From: an uncultured Candidatus Actinomarina sp.
Lineage (GTDB): Bacteria > Actinomycetota > Acidimicrobiia > Actinomarinales > Actinomarinaceae
Assembly: GCA_902595195.1 (NCBI GenBank)
Contig: CACJPC010000002.1
Location: 42,270 to 106,269 of the forward strand
Reading direction: 5' to 3'
DNA length: 64,000 nucleotides
The position numbers and the translations under genes are program-made. Positions 11,901 to 20,584 of the stretch are shown here, one piece after another (within the stretch, counting starts at the first letter, position 1; each line of letters opens with the position of its first letter). The notes under the pieces are model-generated. The model was not told the origin of the DNA. It did no database searches and saw nothing but the letters and a program-made list of their open reading frames with translations.

Positions 11901-14900
11901 AAGTTCATCCGTTTGTGTTACTGCTTTACTCCAACTAACACCACCATTTGTGGAATATTGATAAAACAATCTCGCTCTCTCATATGGTTCTAAATGAGTT
12001 ACAGTTGTATCTTCAAACTTGAACTCTATTTGACCCTTGTTTTCAAGACATGTTAGCTGTGTAGTTGTAAGAGTAACTGGTTGGATGTCGTTGCTATTAC
12101 AATCCGAGTCTGCAGCTACTGTAATAGTTGAGTAATCTCCGCTAAAGTTTTCCATATATTTTGTAGAAGTGTTGCTTGTGTAAGTTCTGTATCTAATTTG
12201 ATACTCATGTGTTGAGTCAAGCAAGATAACACTTGCTACATATTCACTTGAGCTAAAGTAATAGGGCCTGATATAACCAAAATATGTAGAACTATTCCCA
12301 GTTACGCCACCATAATCGTGATGTTTATACCAATATGAATAACTTTCATTTGAATACTGCATATTTCCAAAAGGCTTCCAGGTATTGCCATCATGTGAAA
12401 TCTCAACTTGAAAATGAACATATGTGTTAGAAGAGATAGAACTAGAATCTCTATTAAGTTTTAATTCAAGTTTATCAGCACCATATAAGCTACAAGATAC
12501 ATAGTCTGTTGAGAAGTAAATTGGATCTGAGCTTGAACTTCCTACTGAGACTCCACAGTCTACCGTATTTGTAAAAGAAAATTCCGTCTCGTAGTAACTA
12601 CCATTTGGAGTTCCCTCTATACGATAGGATATTTGTACTACATCTCCATCTGAATAGGTCCCAAATAGTTGATGTGTTATGCCTGTTGAAGTAGGAGCTA
12701 GTGTAATAGTTCTATAATCACCGTACTCACCATCATTTACTTTAACTTTATAAACAAAGTAATTGGTCTCAGTATTTCCGTAATAATAAAATTCAAACTT
12801 TTGTTCATTGTTATAACATTGCGATCCAGCATATACAGCTCGTACAATTTTTTGGGTGACACTATTTGTACAGTCAATAAGCAATGTTGATGTGTTCGTA
12901 AAGTCTCCACTTGTTACAGGTGAAGTAGCAGCATATCTATAACGCATAACTACAGTGGTTCCCTGAGAGACAGTATCTTGAATTGTATAAGTCTTTACTT
13001 CACCAGGTAAAAGCATCTGATAAATGACAGCATTGCTGTTTGTTGAATCATAAAATGCTTCTTCCCATGTGCTACCTAAATCAGTTGAGTACTGAACGTG
13101 GAAATAACCTGTTGCCCAACCATTATTGCCGAGTGTAATTGATGGTGTTGCACCACCTGAGACACAAGTGCCTAAAGCAATTGATGCTGTACTAGCACCA
13201 ACAGTAGGACAGTTAACAGTTTTTACTGCTGAATAGTAGAGTTTTGAGTTACTAAAATCTCCACTAGTATAAGAAAACTTAAACTTATACTGCACAGTTC
13301 CTGCGTGGTTAACAGTGACAGTGTCTGTATATGACGTGCCTACAGCAAGATTAGATTCAATATCAATCCAATTAGATCCACCATCTATAGTCCTGGAAAC
13401 ATTCAGATAATACTGCGTACCAGCAGGTCTTGTCACAGTAAATGTTGCCGTTGCAAACCCTCCTGCTTCTAAAGTATTTTGACACTCTCCAATAGTGACT
13501 AGGTCGCTGTACGTATCATCCGTAGAATCAGTAGTTGTTGCTGTTCCCCAGTTAGTAGTTGTAATGACAGGATCACAATTTGTTGTACGCTGTTCAACAG
13601 TTTTATTGTAATTTCCGAAAACAACCCAGTCAGTTGAAGCAAGTTCGCTTTCAGCATATGCGACTTTGTATCTAATTTTCATTATGGAGCCAGATAATGC
13701 TCGAGTTGAAAGGTAAATAAAATCTTTACTGCCGCTTTGCTCCTGATTTATATAATTTGTTGTCTGCACTGCTGTATAGCCGTCAACTGCCAGACTTCCT
13801 GTAACGCTGCTATCTAAAACTGCACGATCATCATTGTATGAATCAGAACTGTCAAGTTTATAGAATAAGTCATTTTTGGTCCAATTATCACCATCATCAA
13901 GAGAGATTTCAAATGCATACCAAAGAGCTGATCTGTTTGCGTCATTATAGTTTGAGTTGTACATCACCCAACCCATCCACTGTTTGTTATCAACACAGCT
14001 ATTAACTACATTGGATGGTTCAGTTTCATATTGATAAGAACTACTACTCCATGGGCCAATATTTAAATCACAATCGTGATGCCAACTAAGACCATTTGAA
14101 GGAGAGCTTAAATATTGTTCTTCATAAATACCCGTATTCCATGAAGGGTTTTCAGTATAAGACTTCTGAATTCTCCACCCCATATACGCATCTGCTTCAT
14201 TTGTATATGTTTTTGCTCCAGCTGTGTAAACCAAAGTTTCCCCTGCAGCAATCGAGAATGTTGTTGAATCTGAACTGTTGTATGCTGATCCAGTATTGTA
14301 GCTATACGGGTTAGCAGTTTTTGTCGGTGTTACTTTAAAATATACTGTTTCTGACTCATTATTCGTGAGAGTTAAAGTAGAGGTCTGACCTGCAGAACTA
14401 CATGCTGTTACTTCATAGCTTGCTGTAACTGATGGATTGCAATCGTTGTATTGATAACCTGTGTACTTATAAGGATACCCAGTGGTATTATTCCAATCAG
14501 GATTTTCAATATACGAACCTTGAACAATCCACTGCATATAACCCTCAGTACCATCAGGGTATAGTTTTCTCATATCTGGACTAGTGGTAGCATCATATGT
14601 TAGAGTTTCGCCAGCTGGGACTGAGAAATAAATTGCAGCTGACCAATCTATATAGCTCGAATTTGGTGAATTGATACTGTTAGATGAAGTTTTAGTAGGT
14701 GCGGCTTTAAAGTACAACGTCTGTGCTTCATTATTGGTTACAGAGAGTGTTGAGTACCTTCCAACAGCGGCACAAGAACTAAAGGATGCTGACTGTGTAA
14801 AGTCTGCAACACAGTTTGCTTGTCTACTAAAGACTGCCCATGCAGCATTTGCTGTTGAGTCTGTTGGGTTTGTCTCAGCAATACGATACCTAAAATATCC

Positions 14901-17198
14901 TGTTGCAGATGAAGCAATAGTTTCTGGTGCTGAAAAAGTAAGTGATTGACCGTCGGCAAGAGCTGTCCCATCTGCGACCTCCGTCCAATTAACATTATCT
15001 GGCGAAAACTCTACATCAACAAAACCGCCATAACTGTCATTTGTTGCATTGAAGTTTGTTAGTGTAAGTCGTATGGTTGCATTACCGGAACCATCACAGA
15101 TTTGAGAAGTGCTCTGAGAAACTCTAGTGTAATTGGCAGTGCTGTTTGTTGATTCTCCACCATTACCCCACCAGTTACAATCTACAGCACTAGGTGCAGT
15201 CCATCGAACCCAGGAATCTCCAGATTTTAATTCATTACCATAAGATCTTGAAGTGAACGTACCTTCAGTGTGTGAAGAAGAGTATAAATCTGTTGAACGA
15301 TATTGATAGTAGCTTGTACCATACACCATTTTAAATTCTGGAATAACGCCATGATAAACGTTTGCTGTGTATGTATAAGTTTGGCCGGCATTGATTGTAC
15401 GGCCCCATTGATCTTGCCAGCTAAAAGCACTTGAACCTACAGAAGTTCGTTTTGCATGTGCAAAATACATTGATGTGTTTCCAGTATTAGTGAGTGTGAC
15501 ATTATAGGTTACAAAGTCGTTGTTACAGGTTCCATTTGTGGTTGCAGTAATTGTACCTGAGTAGGTTTTACAATCTATAGTTCTACTCGTAGCTGATGTA
15601 AACCCTGATGTAGCTGTTGGATTAGCATCTGCAACGATGTACTGAAAATATACTGTCTGAGCATTTGCTACTGTTGTTGGCATGCTGATTGTCTCTGGTG
15701 TTCCTGAGACAACTAACTCACCATCTATAAAGGTTATCCAAGTACCACTTGAGCCAATCTTGTACTGTACATCAAAATATGCATTTGTTGTACCTGTATT
15801 TGTTAGTGTTACTGATGGTGTTGAAGAACCTCCATCACATGTCCCAGCAGCAGTATCTACTGTACCTGCAGCATAATCACCACATCCAGAACCTGTTAAT
15901 AAATCCCCTACTATATACATTGTTCCACTTGATGGATTTGAAGAGTTGTACCGCATTCGATACTCCACCGTCTGACCTTGGTATACAGCTGGTGCACCTG
16001 TTGCAGAGAACTGTCCACCTGGCGATATCTGCGTTCCGTCTAATAGTCCTACCCAGCTTCCACCAGCAATTCTGTAATCTACATCAAAATACTGTGTTGT
16101 TTGCTTGTTGTTAGTAATAAGGAGTGCTGGCTGTTGATAACCGCTTGCACATTCACCAATTGAGGTTTTAAAGGATGGAGCAAACGGATCATATGCATTT
16201 GGTCCGCAGGAAGCACCGTCTGTATTATCACTTGTAAATGTTGTTCCTTTTGTAGCTACGTTATATTGATTAGTTCCAGTTCTCTTAACTTCAAATCTAT
16301 TTCCAAGACCATCATCAATAATGAAACGAATCTCTCCCTCTGGAGTTTTATAGGTATAGCTAGCAAGTGTTGCTGAGACACCGCTGAATGCTGCATTTGT
16401 TGGTGTGACTTCTGAAATAGCATTGTTGTCTTTATCATAAAGAACAACTTTGTTAGCTAAAGCATTATATGTTGCAAGCTCATATCCATCCCAGTCACCA
16501 ATATATGAAAAGTCAGCAGCATTAATATGAGTAGTCATGCCGGGATCAGCAAACGTTGTTACTCCACCAGTATCAACGTTATAGATGTAGCCATGCTTGA
16601 AACCAGCCTGTGCCATATATATCTGATCATTACCATTTGCATTCACGACATATTCACCAGATGAGAATCCGTAGTAACCGTTTACACCGTCATAAAAGTT
16701 CTCATCACCAACTTGGGTATAGTCAGCAATATGAGCGAGAGGTGTAAGTACACCTTCAGTACTAATAGTAAAGAGATGTGTACCATGTCCATCAGAGGTA
16801 ATCGTTACATACATAACACCTGTTGGTGACATCGCTAACGCGTTAATACCTTTTACATTTCCTGCAATATTGGATGTAGAACTAAAGTCTACTGTTGTTG
16901 TTGTTCGTTGAATAGTTGTTGTCTCTGTAGCTACATATTGATCAATAGTGAAGCTAGTTGACGTATAGTCCCAATCTAATTTATAAAAGTATGCTCTTGC
17001 ATACGCATCATTACAATCCCAGTTAGCAGTTGCATACGCCTCTTCCTGTGGCACTGCCCATGATGAGATGAACACGATGGTAAATAGAGCAATATATGTT
17101 GTTGTTTTGAGTATTGTTCTGATAGTTGACGAGTTGATATAAGACCTCAAATTTAAATATGTGTAAATAAATTTATTACTCATAACACTCAACAACAT
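5925..17198 (-). CDS. Giant (3757 aa) cell-wall-anchored surface protein: signal peptide, ~330-aa N-terminal domain, ~30 divergent Ig/FN3-like ~110-aa repeats, C-terminal LPVTG sorting signal
   Basis: 11.3 kb uninterrupted ORF. C-terminus LPVTGRNVGGLLISVGLLLFACGAFILRREYRY is a sortase sorting motif followed by a hydrophobic stretch and a basic tail. Repeats are bounded by Cys (..VDC..) and share TLTLTNNxxxxxYFxVxY...W.....GQTIxWRYK-like motifs. Thr/Ser/Asn/Gly/Tyr-rich composition. Confidence 0.9.
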   Translation of the reverse strand: MLLSVMSNKFIYTYLNLRSYINSSTIRTILKTTTYIALFTIVFISSWAVPQEEAYATANWDCNDAYARAYFYKLDWDYTSTSFTIDQYVATETTTIQRTTTTVDFSSTSNIAGNVKGINALAMSPTGVMYVTITSDGHGTHLFTISTEGVLTPLAHIADYTQVGDENFYDGVNGYYGFSSGEYVVNANGNDQIYMAQAGFKHGYIYNVDTGGVTTFADPGMTTHINAADFSYIGDWDGYELATYNALANKVVLYDKDNNAISEVTPTNAAFSGVSATLASYTYKTPEGEIRFIIDDGLGNRFEVKRTGTNQYNVATKGTTFTSDNTDGASCGPNAYDPFAPSFKTSIGECASGYQQPALLITNNKQTTQYFDVDYRIAGGSWVGLLDGTQISPGGQFSATGAPAVYQGQTVEYRMRYNSSNPSSGTMYIVGDLLTGSGCGDYAAGTVDTAAGTCDGGSSTPSVTLTNTGTTNAYFDVQYKIGSSGTWITFIDGELVVSGTPETISMPTTVANAQTVYFQYIVADANPTATSGFTSATSRTIDCKTYSGTITATTNGTCNNDFVTYNVTLTNTGNTSMYFAHAKRTSVGSSAFSWQDQWGRTINAGQTYTYTANVYHGVIPEFKMVYGTSYYQYRSTDLYSSSHTEGTFTSRSYGNELKSGDSWVRWTAPSAVDCNWWGNGGESTNSTANYTRVSQSTSQICDGSGNATIRLTLTNFNATNDSYGGFVDVEFSPDNVNWTEVADGTALADGQSLTFSAPETIASSATGYFRYRIAETNPTDSTANAAWAVFSRQANCVADFTQSASFSSCAAVGRYSTLSVTNNEAQTLYFKAAPTKTSSNSINSPNSSYIDWSAAIYFSVPAGETLTYDATTSPDMRKLYPDGTEGYMQWIVQGSYIENPDWNNTTGYPYKYTGYQYNDCNPSVTASYEVTACSSAGQTSTLTLTNNESETVYFKVTPTKTANPYSYNTGSAYNSSDSTTFSIAAGETLVYTAGAKTYTNEADAYMGWRIQKSYTENPSWNTGIYEEQYLSSPSNGLSWHHDCDLNIGPWSSSSYQYETEPSNVVNSCVDNKQWMGWVMYNSNYNDANRSALWYAFEISLDDGDNWTKNDLFYKLDSSDSYNDDRAVLDSSVTGSLAVDGYTAVQTTNYINQEQSGSKDFIYLSTRALSGSIMKIRYKVAYAESELASTDWVVFGNYNKTVEQRTTNCDPVITTTNWGTATTTDSTDDTYSDLVTIGECQNTLEAGGFATATFTVTRPAGTQYYLNVSRTIDGGSNWIDIESNLAVGTSYTDTVTVNHAGTVQYKFKFSYTSGDFSNSKLYYSAVKTVNCPTVGASTASIALGTCVSGGATPSITLGNNGWATGYFHVQYSTDLGSTWEEAFYDSTNSNAVIYQMLLPGEVKTYTIQDTVSQGTTVVMRYRYAATSPVTSGDFTNTSTLLIDCTNSVTQKIVRAVYAGSQCYNNEQKFEFYYYGNTETNYFVYKVKVNDGEYGDYRTITLAPTSTGITHQLFGTYSDGDVVQISYRIEGTPNGSYYETEFSFTNTVDCGVSVGSSSSDPIYFSTDYVSCSLYGADKLELKLNRDSSSISSNTYVHFQVEISHDGNTWKPFGNMQYSNESYSYWYKHHDYGGVTGNSSTYFGYIRPYYFSSSEYVASVILLDSTHEYQIRYRTYTSNTSTKYMENFSGDYSTITVAADSDCNSNDIQPVTLTTTQLTCLENKGQIEFKFEDTTVTHLEPYERARLFYQYSTNGGVSWSKAVTQTDELTNSTTFNLPSVQVTNGQTVSIKWGYVRYHDYYTTNGSYQIYDRGSTYYSYDEPPTEYAFIRGLTSTGLFFTRYDEGTNISGSITGDFNTNFMNHVMVNTTDVQVDCDPDSDYSQTLTTCECDDLGATSTLSITNNDNYTSYYKVQYSLDGGITWQSATDSLESAFDISVSAGSTNTDLSKFVPDGQTITWRVKDTTNGGDFEGQEWEEVTASATVDCGCDGGSVEVDVAVGTCGNGSSTPVIQLVPSSTDTAYFTIEYKRNSDTEWQAFKTAEIVSNGLTENHPLEVTVPHGGTVQVRYKVNKVLNNLNLEEWNYTDTKTINCPFTAVTGEAIYTACAENYRAASFKVTNTSSSTAAAKFNVQYKIVNASGTVTDWTNSSIVNSVIAPGVSLVTTNNLQILEGQKIEWRYESVKTTEAFTGVWTEDTTSAYVNCVIDVTVTNIMGSCDSGSQLSTLSLQNNESLNTIYFQVQYTLDNGASWILKSPNLAVAPGETDTTLNHAVPHTKNIIWRYKVTNTNNDYTGITDTVLSASATVDCPVLEGTGSSSFGACTAGERKSTFTFSNSSSANAPAYFYIQYDLSGDSSDWITKVSGSAVIPGTSSTTFVMVPDGQTITWRYYPMSSATTPNSWITEATSEEVNCSLDTVISQTLDECIDNSAVSRYVLTNNTNTTVYYQVEYFIQGSTGYVVADTDLTLGAAGSNTQSAEFTQNVDSGKYIRWRYKAATSLSGLVSASYVDYIQSATVNCETIDPSVTTSFGICYNNTKEVKFVIKNSADATTSALFKVQVNVNGAGWVDKPDITLGVDGQYPHTQIVPTGQTVQWRYKVAKTVADLPTDWTNDDLRTITCSSGEDITVTFDTTCDANGYKTSKLNINNSSSGILYYKAEYSTDGGSNWTLSANQVQVNPGGSTFLPESVSEGETITWRYKISETGSDFSTLNWTTTDTSEIVNCTGVNIATPYTSIGQCVSGSKSSRFHYGTLSSSPAPAYYHIQYRIDGGTWTDKVTSSNGVVVGGVNTSTSQSVTSGSTIEWRYKAAYSTAALSNISFTTLAGGAIEVDCGTFISVVHQMGTCSNQTATSTLTLNNTGSTPLLVTVHSAMNSGEWSTEVSTVEITAGNQLTLTKSVINGQTISWKYKYAGTVTKLASASETTFGSIPALDCETEVLNQVSINNVLKACVAGNRVSELTVTNNSSDTVYVEAWYDIGNGWISKGTSAVTNGTPKVLEAPGAPHGSTVKWRYRLGLSSSMSNDYTTLTALTVDCPQTSTVTQTLEACSNQSRDSKLSINNTGTITQYYKVEYAVNNGGYEYMTTVSVAAGQVDNSIYKNLTSGQYITWRYAATTTQNDFSNASYRYLTRTQTVDCTSANLTATQDTSCDVSGSAAVKKSTFTISNTSSNTAQVEIGYSTNNISWTSQGIQTITSSQPYSINQTMTTNFIIYRYRIYNATNPNNWQYENIMAPADCSPTTSSVSAYTTNECINNSPQAKLTIINPNSTAVVVSYDISINGGGWQSVGNTSVMGNFTTNPYPVPANSTFQWRYKTSTETEYKFASGTAENCSQASSLSGFTEITCSQQNGGVTTGPQAELVISNFGSQAVSVMYDYKIDNGQYQSGSVLSVNPNTTLRIPKISIGESQSIVFRYKSTSDNEYKFTDARTGIECGSTLNNPELILTIGECSANVADSTIEIRNLSNEVKTFYLEYRINDGSNNGSWVPYETITINPTSSTTRLLRINQNQEIQWRALDSSYTQFDPTAPYQISNAETAICETTPPTTIPQDTYIFEPLISTNRVCDFEDGGAEFGITVDNSRSNVDAEVLKKIWINTTLIAEQTVLVPAGQMIDFSSIEVGENKFFTVALEVTNTQNEKVQKMIKNKDADCIQDNTPLSEDQNPLPDVEEDENIDNVMRIEGDDNEEVLDNGESLQFLPGDDYVEFVYNEDAEGIFPTDPIDPTPPPSVGTTLPVTGRNVGGLLISVGLLLFACGAFILRREYRY
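6012..6026 (-). other. LPVTG cell-wall sorting signal codons in the giant protein
   Basis: Reverse complement of ttaccagtgacaggt reads L P V T G, followed by a hydrophobic segment and RREYRY-stop. Confidence 0.85.
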
Positions 17199-17277
17199 TT
17201 TTAATTAGATTTAATTCTAATTAACTTAACATTAGTTTAACTGGAATTCATTTAAAGTAAAATGATTTTTTAAAAAT

Positions 17278-17898
17278 TTAGTACTGTTTTAGTATGTTTT
17301 CGACAAGATTTGAGGAAGTTTTAAGAAAAAACTCTTCTGAATATCTATTAAACAGTTCATGATCTCCAATATTTAACGCATATTCAAACATCGCTCCCCT
17401 AAATGCAGTGGCTATATTCACAGCAATTTCTTCCGCTCCGTCCTTGTATTGCTCAGAATTACTCAATAAAACTGTAATCGCTTGAACCGGATCTTGGTCT
17501 AACCATTTATTAACATTAACTAAATTAAACATTTGTACAACAACAACCTTTCCTGCATATCCGAGACTTACAAGGTTCTCAGCATATGTAACTGGAATCT
17601 TCTTTAATTTCTCAATTACGGTTAAGGAGTCGTCTGCAAGTGTGGCACCCATGTTTGCTGCTACATCCATTTTTGAATGCACAATTGCTGAAAATACATC
17701 TTCCATTCTGTCAGGAAAATGATTGTAAGCTGTTGCAGGTGATACACCAGCTTCTTTTGCAATTTGAGTAAGAGTGACTTCTCTAATATCTCCAACTTCA
17801 TTAATTACATCAACAGCTGTATCAATAAGTTTTGTCCTATTGAGGTCAAAAATATCTTGCTGTCTACGTGCTCTTCCGTCTTGTTGGATATCAGTCAT
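17278..17898 (-). CDS. TetR-family transcriptional regulator
   Basis: N-terminal HTH with the TetR signature TLTQIAKEAGVSPATAYNHFPDR. 206 aa. Confidence 0.85.
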   Translation of the reverse strand: MTDIQQDGRARRQQDIFDLNRTKLIDTAVDVINEVGDIREVTLTQIAKEAGVSPATAYNHFPDRMEDVFSAIVHSKMDVAANMGATLADDSLTVIEKLKKIPVTYAENLVSLGYAGKVVVVQMFNLVNVNKWLDQDPVQAITVLLSNSEQYKDGAEEIAVNIATAFRGAMFEYALNIGDHELFNRYSEEFFLKTSSNLVENILKQY

Positions 17899-17940
17899 AT
17901 TGGCATATTACAGGAATAAATTTAAGAATCTAAAATTTTT

Positions 17941-19266
17941 TTAAAAATACTCTTTTATAGCTTTTTCAACCACTAAGGAATCTGATTCGGAAACGATGTA
18001 TTTCTCAATATTTTCTGTGTTTTCTACAGAAAAAGATGGAATAACAGAGGAAATTACATTACTAAATTTTTCTGGTGATGCAGTTGCAATTCCCACAACT
18101 GGAAGATTTGATGAAAAAGAAATACCTTCTGAAACTGCAGTTGCGGTATGAGGATCTACAATCCATTCAGAATCCTCATAGAACTCTTTAATTTCTTTTA
18201 ATATCATTTCATCATCAAATGATTTTGAAGAAAAAATGCTTTGTAATTTTGTAGCTGCATCTTCATTTAATGTTGCAAGTTTTTCGTTTTGTAACTGATC
18301 ATAGAATGATGAAGTATCTCCTTCTAGATCAAAAATTAATCTCTCAAGGCTAGATGGAATTTGTATATCCATACTTGGTGCAACGGTAGGCATGGTATCT
18401 TTTGGTTCTAAGGTTCCACTAGAAATAAACCTTGTAAGTACATCATTGAGATTTGAAGCACAGAATATTTCATTAATTGGAAGCCCATTACACCTCCCAA
18501 ACCAAGCAGAATAAGCATTTCCAAAGTTTCCAGATGGTATAGAGATATTAATGGGATTAGTAAATTGTTTTGTAAGCCATACATAATAAGCTGTTTGACC
18601 CATAACTCTTAGCCAGTTGATTGAATTCAAAGAAACTACTCTTCTGTTAAACGCGTTTTCCTGTAAAAGAGTTTTGGCAATTTGTTGGCAATCATCATAG
18701 GATCCCTCAATTGCAATATTTAATACATTGTCTTGAATAACCTCTGTCATCTGACGTCGTTGATATTCGCTAACTTTATTGTGTGGATGTAAAACTACGA
18801 TATCGATGTTTTTGGAATCTTTTACAGCCTGGATTGCAGCACTTCCAGTGTCTCCACTTGTTGCAACAATAACTAACCCTCTCTCACCAATTTCTTCTAG
18901 TCTCTTGTCTGCTATTGCACCAAGTGGTTGAAGTGCATAGTCTTTGAATGATTTTGTAGGACCATGGAATAACTCCATTACGTATTTGTCTTTTTTGATC
19001 TCTTTAAGCACTGGCTCTGGTGAGTTTTCAAAGCCCGGATAAATTGATAATTCATCTACATAACTTGCAGAATTTTTATCTAAAGCAATAAATATTGTTT
19101 TAACGAAATCTTCATAACTTAAATCTTCTTGGGTCAGGTTGCTTAAGTTTTTAAGTGTTGTTCCATTTGGTAGGTACAATCCTCTATCTTCTGCCACACC
19201 TGAAAGAACAATATCTTGAAAAGAAAGTGTCGACTTACTTCCACGGGTTGAATGATATGTAATCAC
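17941..19266 (-). CDS. thrC: Threonine synthase
   Basis: PLP-lysine motif FHGPTKSFKDYALQ. 441 aa, fold type II PLP enzyme, directly downstream of hom. Confidence 0.9.
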   Translation of the reverse strand: MITYHSTRGSKSTLSFQDIVLSGVAEDRGLYLPNGTTLKNLSNLTQEDLSYEDFVKTIFIALDKNSASYVDELSIYPGFENSPEPVLKEIKKDKYVMELFHGPTKSFKDYALQPLGAIADKRLEEIGERGLVIVATSGDTGSAAIQAVKDSKNIDIVVLHPHNKVSEYQRRQMTEVIQDNVLNIAIEGSYDDCQQIAKTLLQENAFNRRVVSLNSINWLRVMGQTAYYVWLTKQFTNPINISIPSGNFGNAYSAWFGRCNGLPINEIFCASNLNDVLTRFISSGTLEPKDTMPTVAPSMDIQIPSSLERLIFDLEGDTSSFYDQLQNEKLATLNEDAATKLQSIFSSKSFDDEMILKEIKEFYEDSEWIVDPHTATAVSEGISFSSNLPVVGIATASPEKFSNVISSVIPSFSVENTENIEKYIVSESDSLVVEKAIKEYF

Positions 19267-19270
19267 TTGT

Positions 19271-20530
19271 TTAGAGATAAACTCTGATTGTAGATGTTAC
19301 AGAGCTGACACTATCGAGATTTGCAATACTGTCTATTGAACTTGTTAAATTGTGCTCTGATGCTTCATGTGTTACAAGAACTAACTCTGCGTTATCTCCT
19401 CTACCTTCTTGAATAACGCTTTCAATGCTTACATTATTTTTTCCAAATAAGCTTGCAATAGCTGCAAGAACACCCGGTTCGTCTTTGACTGAGAGCCTAA
19501 TAAACCAGCTTGAATCGACATCTTTTATAGCTTTGTCTCCTGTCTTTGGAGTTCGTAATGGATACCAGTTGGTTTGATTGCTAGCCATTTGATGACATGC
19601 ACTTAGTACATCTCCAATAATTGCACTTGCAGTTGGTGCTGCACCAGCACCAGGTCCGGAAAATACTAATTGGTTTATATTCTCACCTTCAACAAGCACA
19701 GCATTTAATGCACCTCTTATAGCTGCAAGAGGATGCTTGCTGTCAACAAGAACTGGGTAGACTCTTGCATTAAAACCTTCTTGACTATTATCAATTTGAG
19801 CTACTAGTTTGATAGTCTTGTTTAGTCTTTTTGCCCAATCGAAATCTTCTTTTGTAATTTTAGAAATACCTTCTGTATAAACATCATCAGTCGATGGAGA
19901 TACGCCAAAACATAGAAGTGATAAAATCATAGCTTTATATTTTGCATCTATACCTTCAACATCATTTGTAGGATCTGGTTCTGCGTAACCTAATTCTTGA
20001 GCATTCTGTAATGCATCACCGTATGTGCTGCCCTCTTCCATTGCAGTTAGGATGTAGTTGCTTGTTCCATTAATAATCCCTGCAACCCTTGAAAGTTCTT
20101 CTCCTCTTAAACTTTCAATGAGTGGTTTTAGAACAGGTATGCCAGCTGCAACTGCTGCTTCAAAATACAAGCAGGCGTTATTTTCCTGAGCGGTCTTAAT
20201 CAACTCTTCACCGCAATCTGCAATGATATCTTTGTTTGCAGTAATTACTGATTTTCCTTTTTGTAAGAGTTCCTTTATGTACTCTTTTCCTGGTTCTACT
20301 CCACCTAAAACTTCAATTACTAAATCAATATTTTCATCATTGGCAATTTCATTAAAATCCTCAGTTATAAGATTTGAATCAAAATCTCTGTCTTTAGTGG
20401 AATCGGAGACTAAAACCTTTGAAAGATTTATATTAATTACCTCATTATCAAGATGTAGCAATCGAGAAATAACTGCAGAGCCAATATTTCCTGCACCTAA
20501 AACTGCTACTGTATATGAATTATTTTTCAT
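19271..20530 (-). CDS. hom: Homoserine dehydrogenase
   Basis: NAD-binding N-terminus VAVLGAGNIGSAV, a central catalytic domain and a C-terminal ACT-like domain. 419 aa. Confidence 0.9.
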   Translation of the reverse strand: MKNNSYTVAVLGAGNIGSAVISRLLHLDNEVININLSKVLVSDSTKDRDFDSNLITEDFNEIANDENIDLVIEVLGGVEPGKEYIKELLQKGKSVITANKDIIADCGEELIKTAQENNACLYFEAAVAAGIPVLKPLIESLRGEELSRVAGIINGTSNYILTAMEEGSTYGDALQNAQELGYAEPDPTNDVEGIDAKYKAMILSLLCFGVSPSTDDVYTEGISKITKEDFDWAKRLNKTIKLVAQIDNSQEGFNARVYPVLVDSKHPLAAIRGALNAVLVEGENINQLVFSGPGAGAAPTASAIIGDVLSACHQMASNQTNWYPLRTPKTGDKAIKDVDSSWFIRLSVKDEPGVLAAIASLFGKNNVSIESVIQEGRGDNAELVLVTHEASEHNLTSSIDSIANLDSVSSVTSTIRVYL

Positions 20531-20584
20531 AATTAGTAAGGATAAATGTTATTTTGACTCAAACAACAATTAATTTTGTAGATT

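Noticed and set aside
17199-17277. Possible riboswitch or regulatory RNA in the leader of the giant gene
   Set aside because: The region is only 79 nt and almost pure AT. It fits a simple promoter and leader rather than a structured RNA. There is no conserved motif I can recognise.
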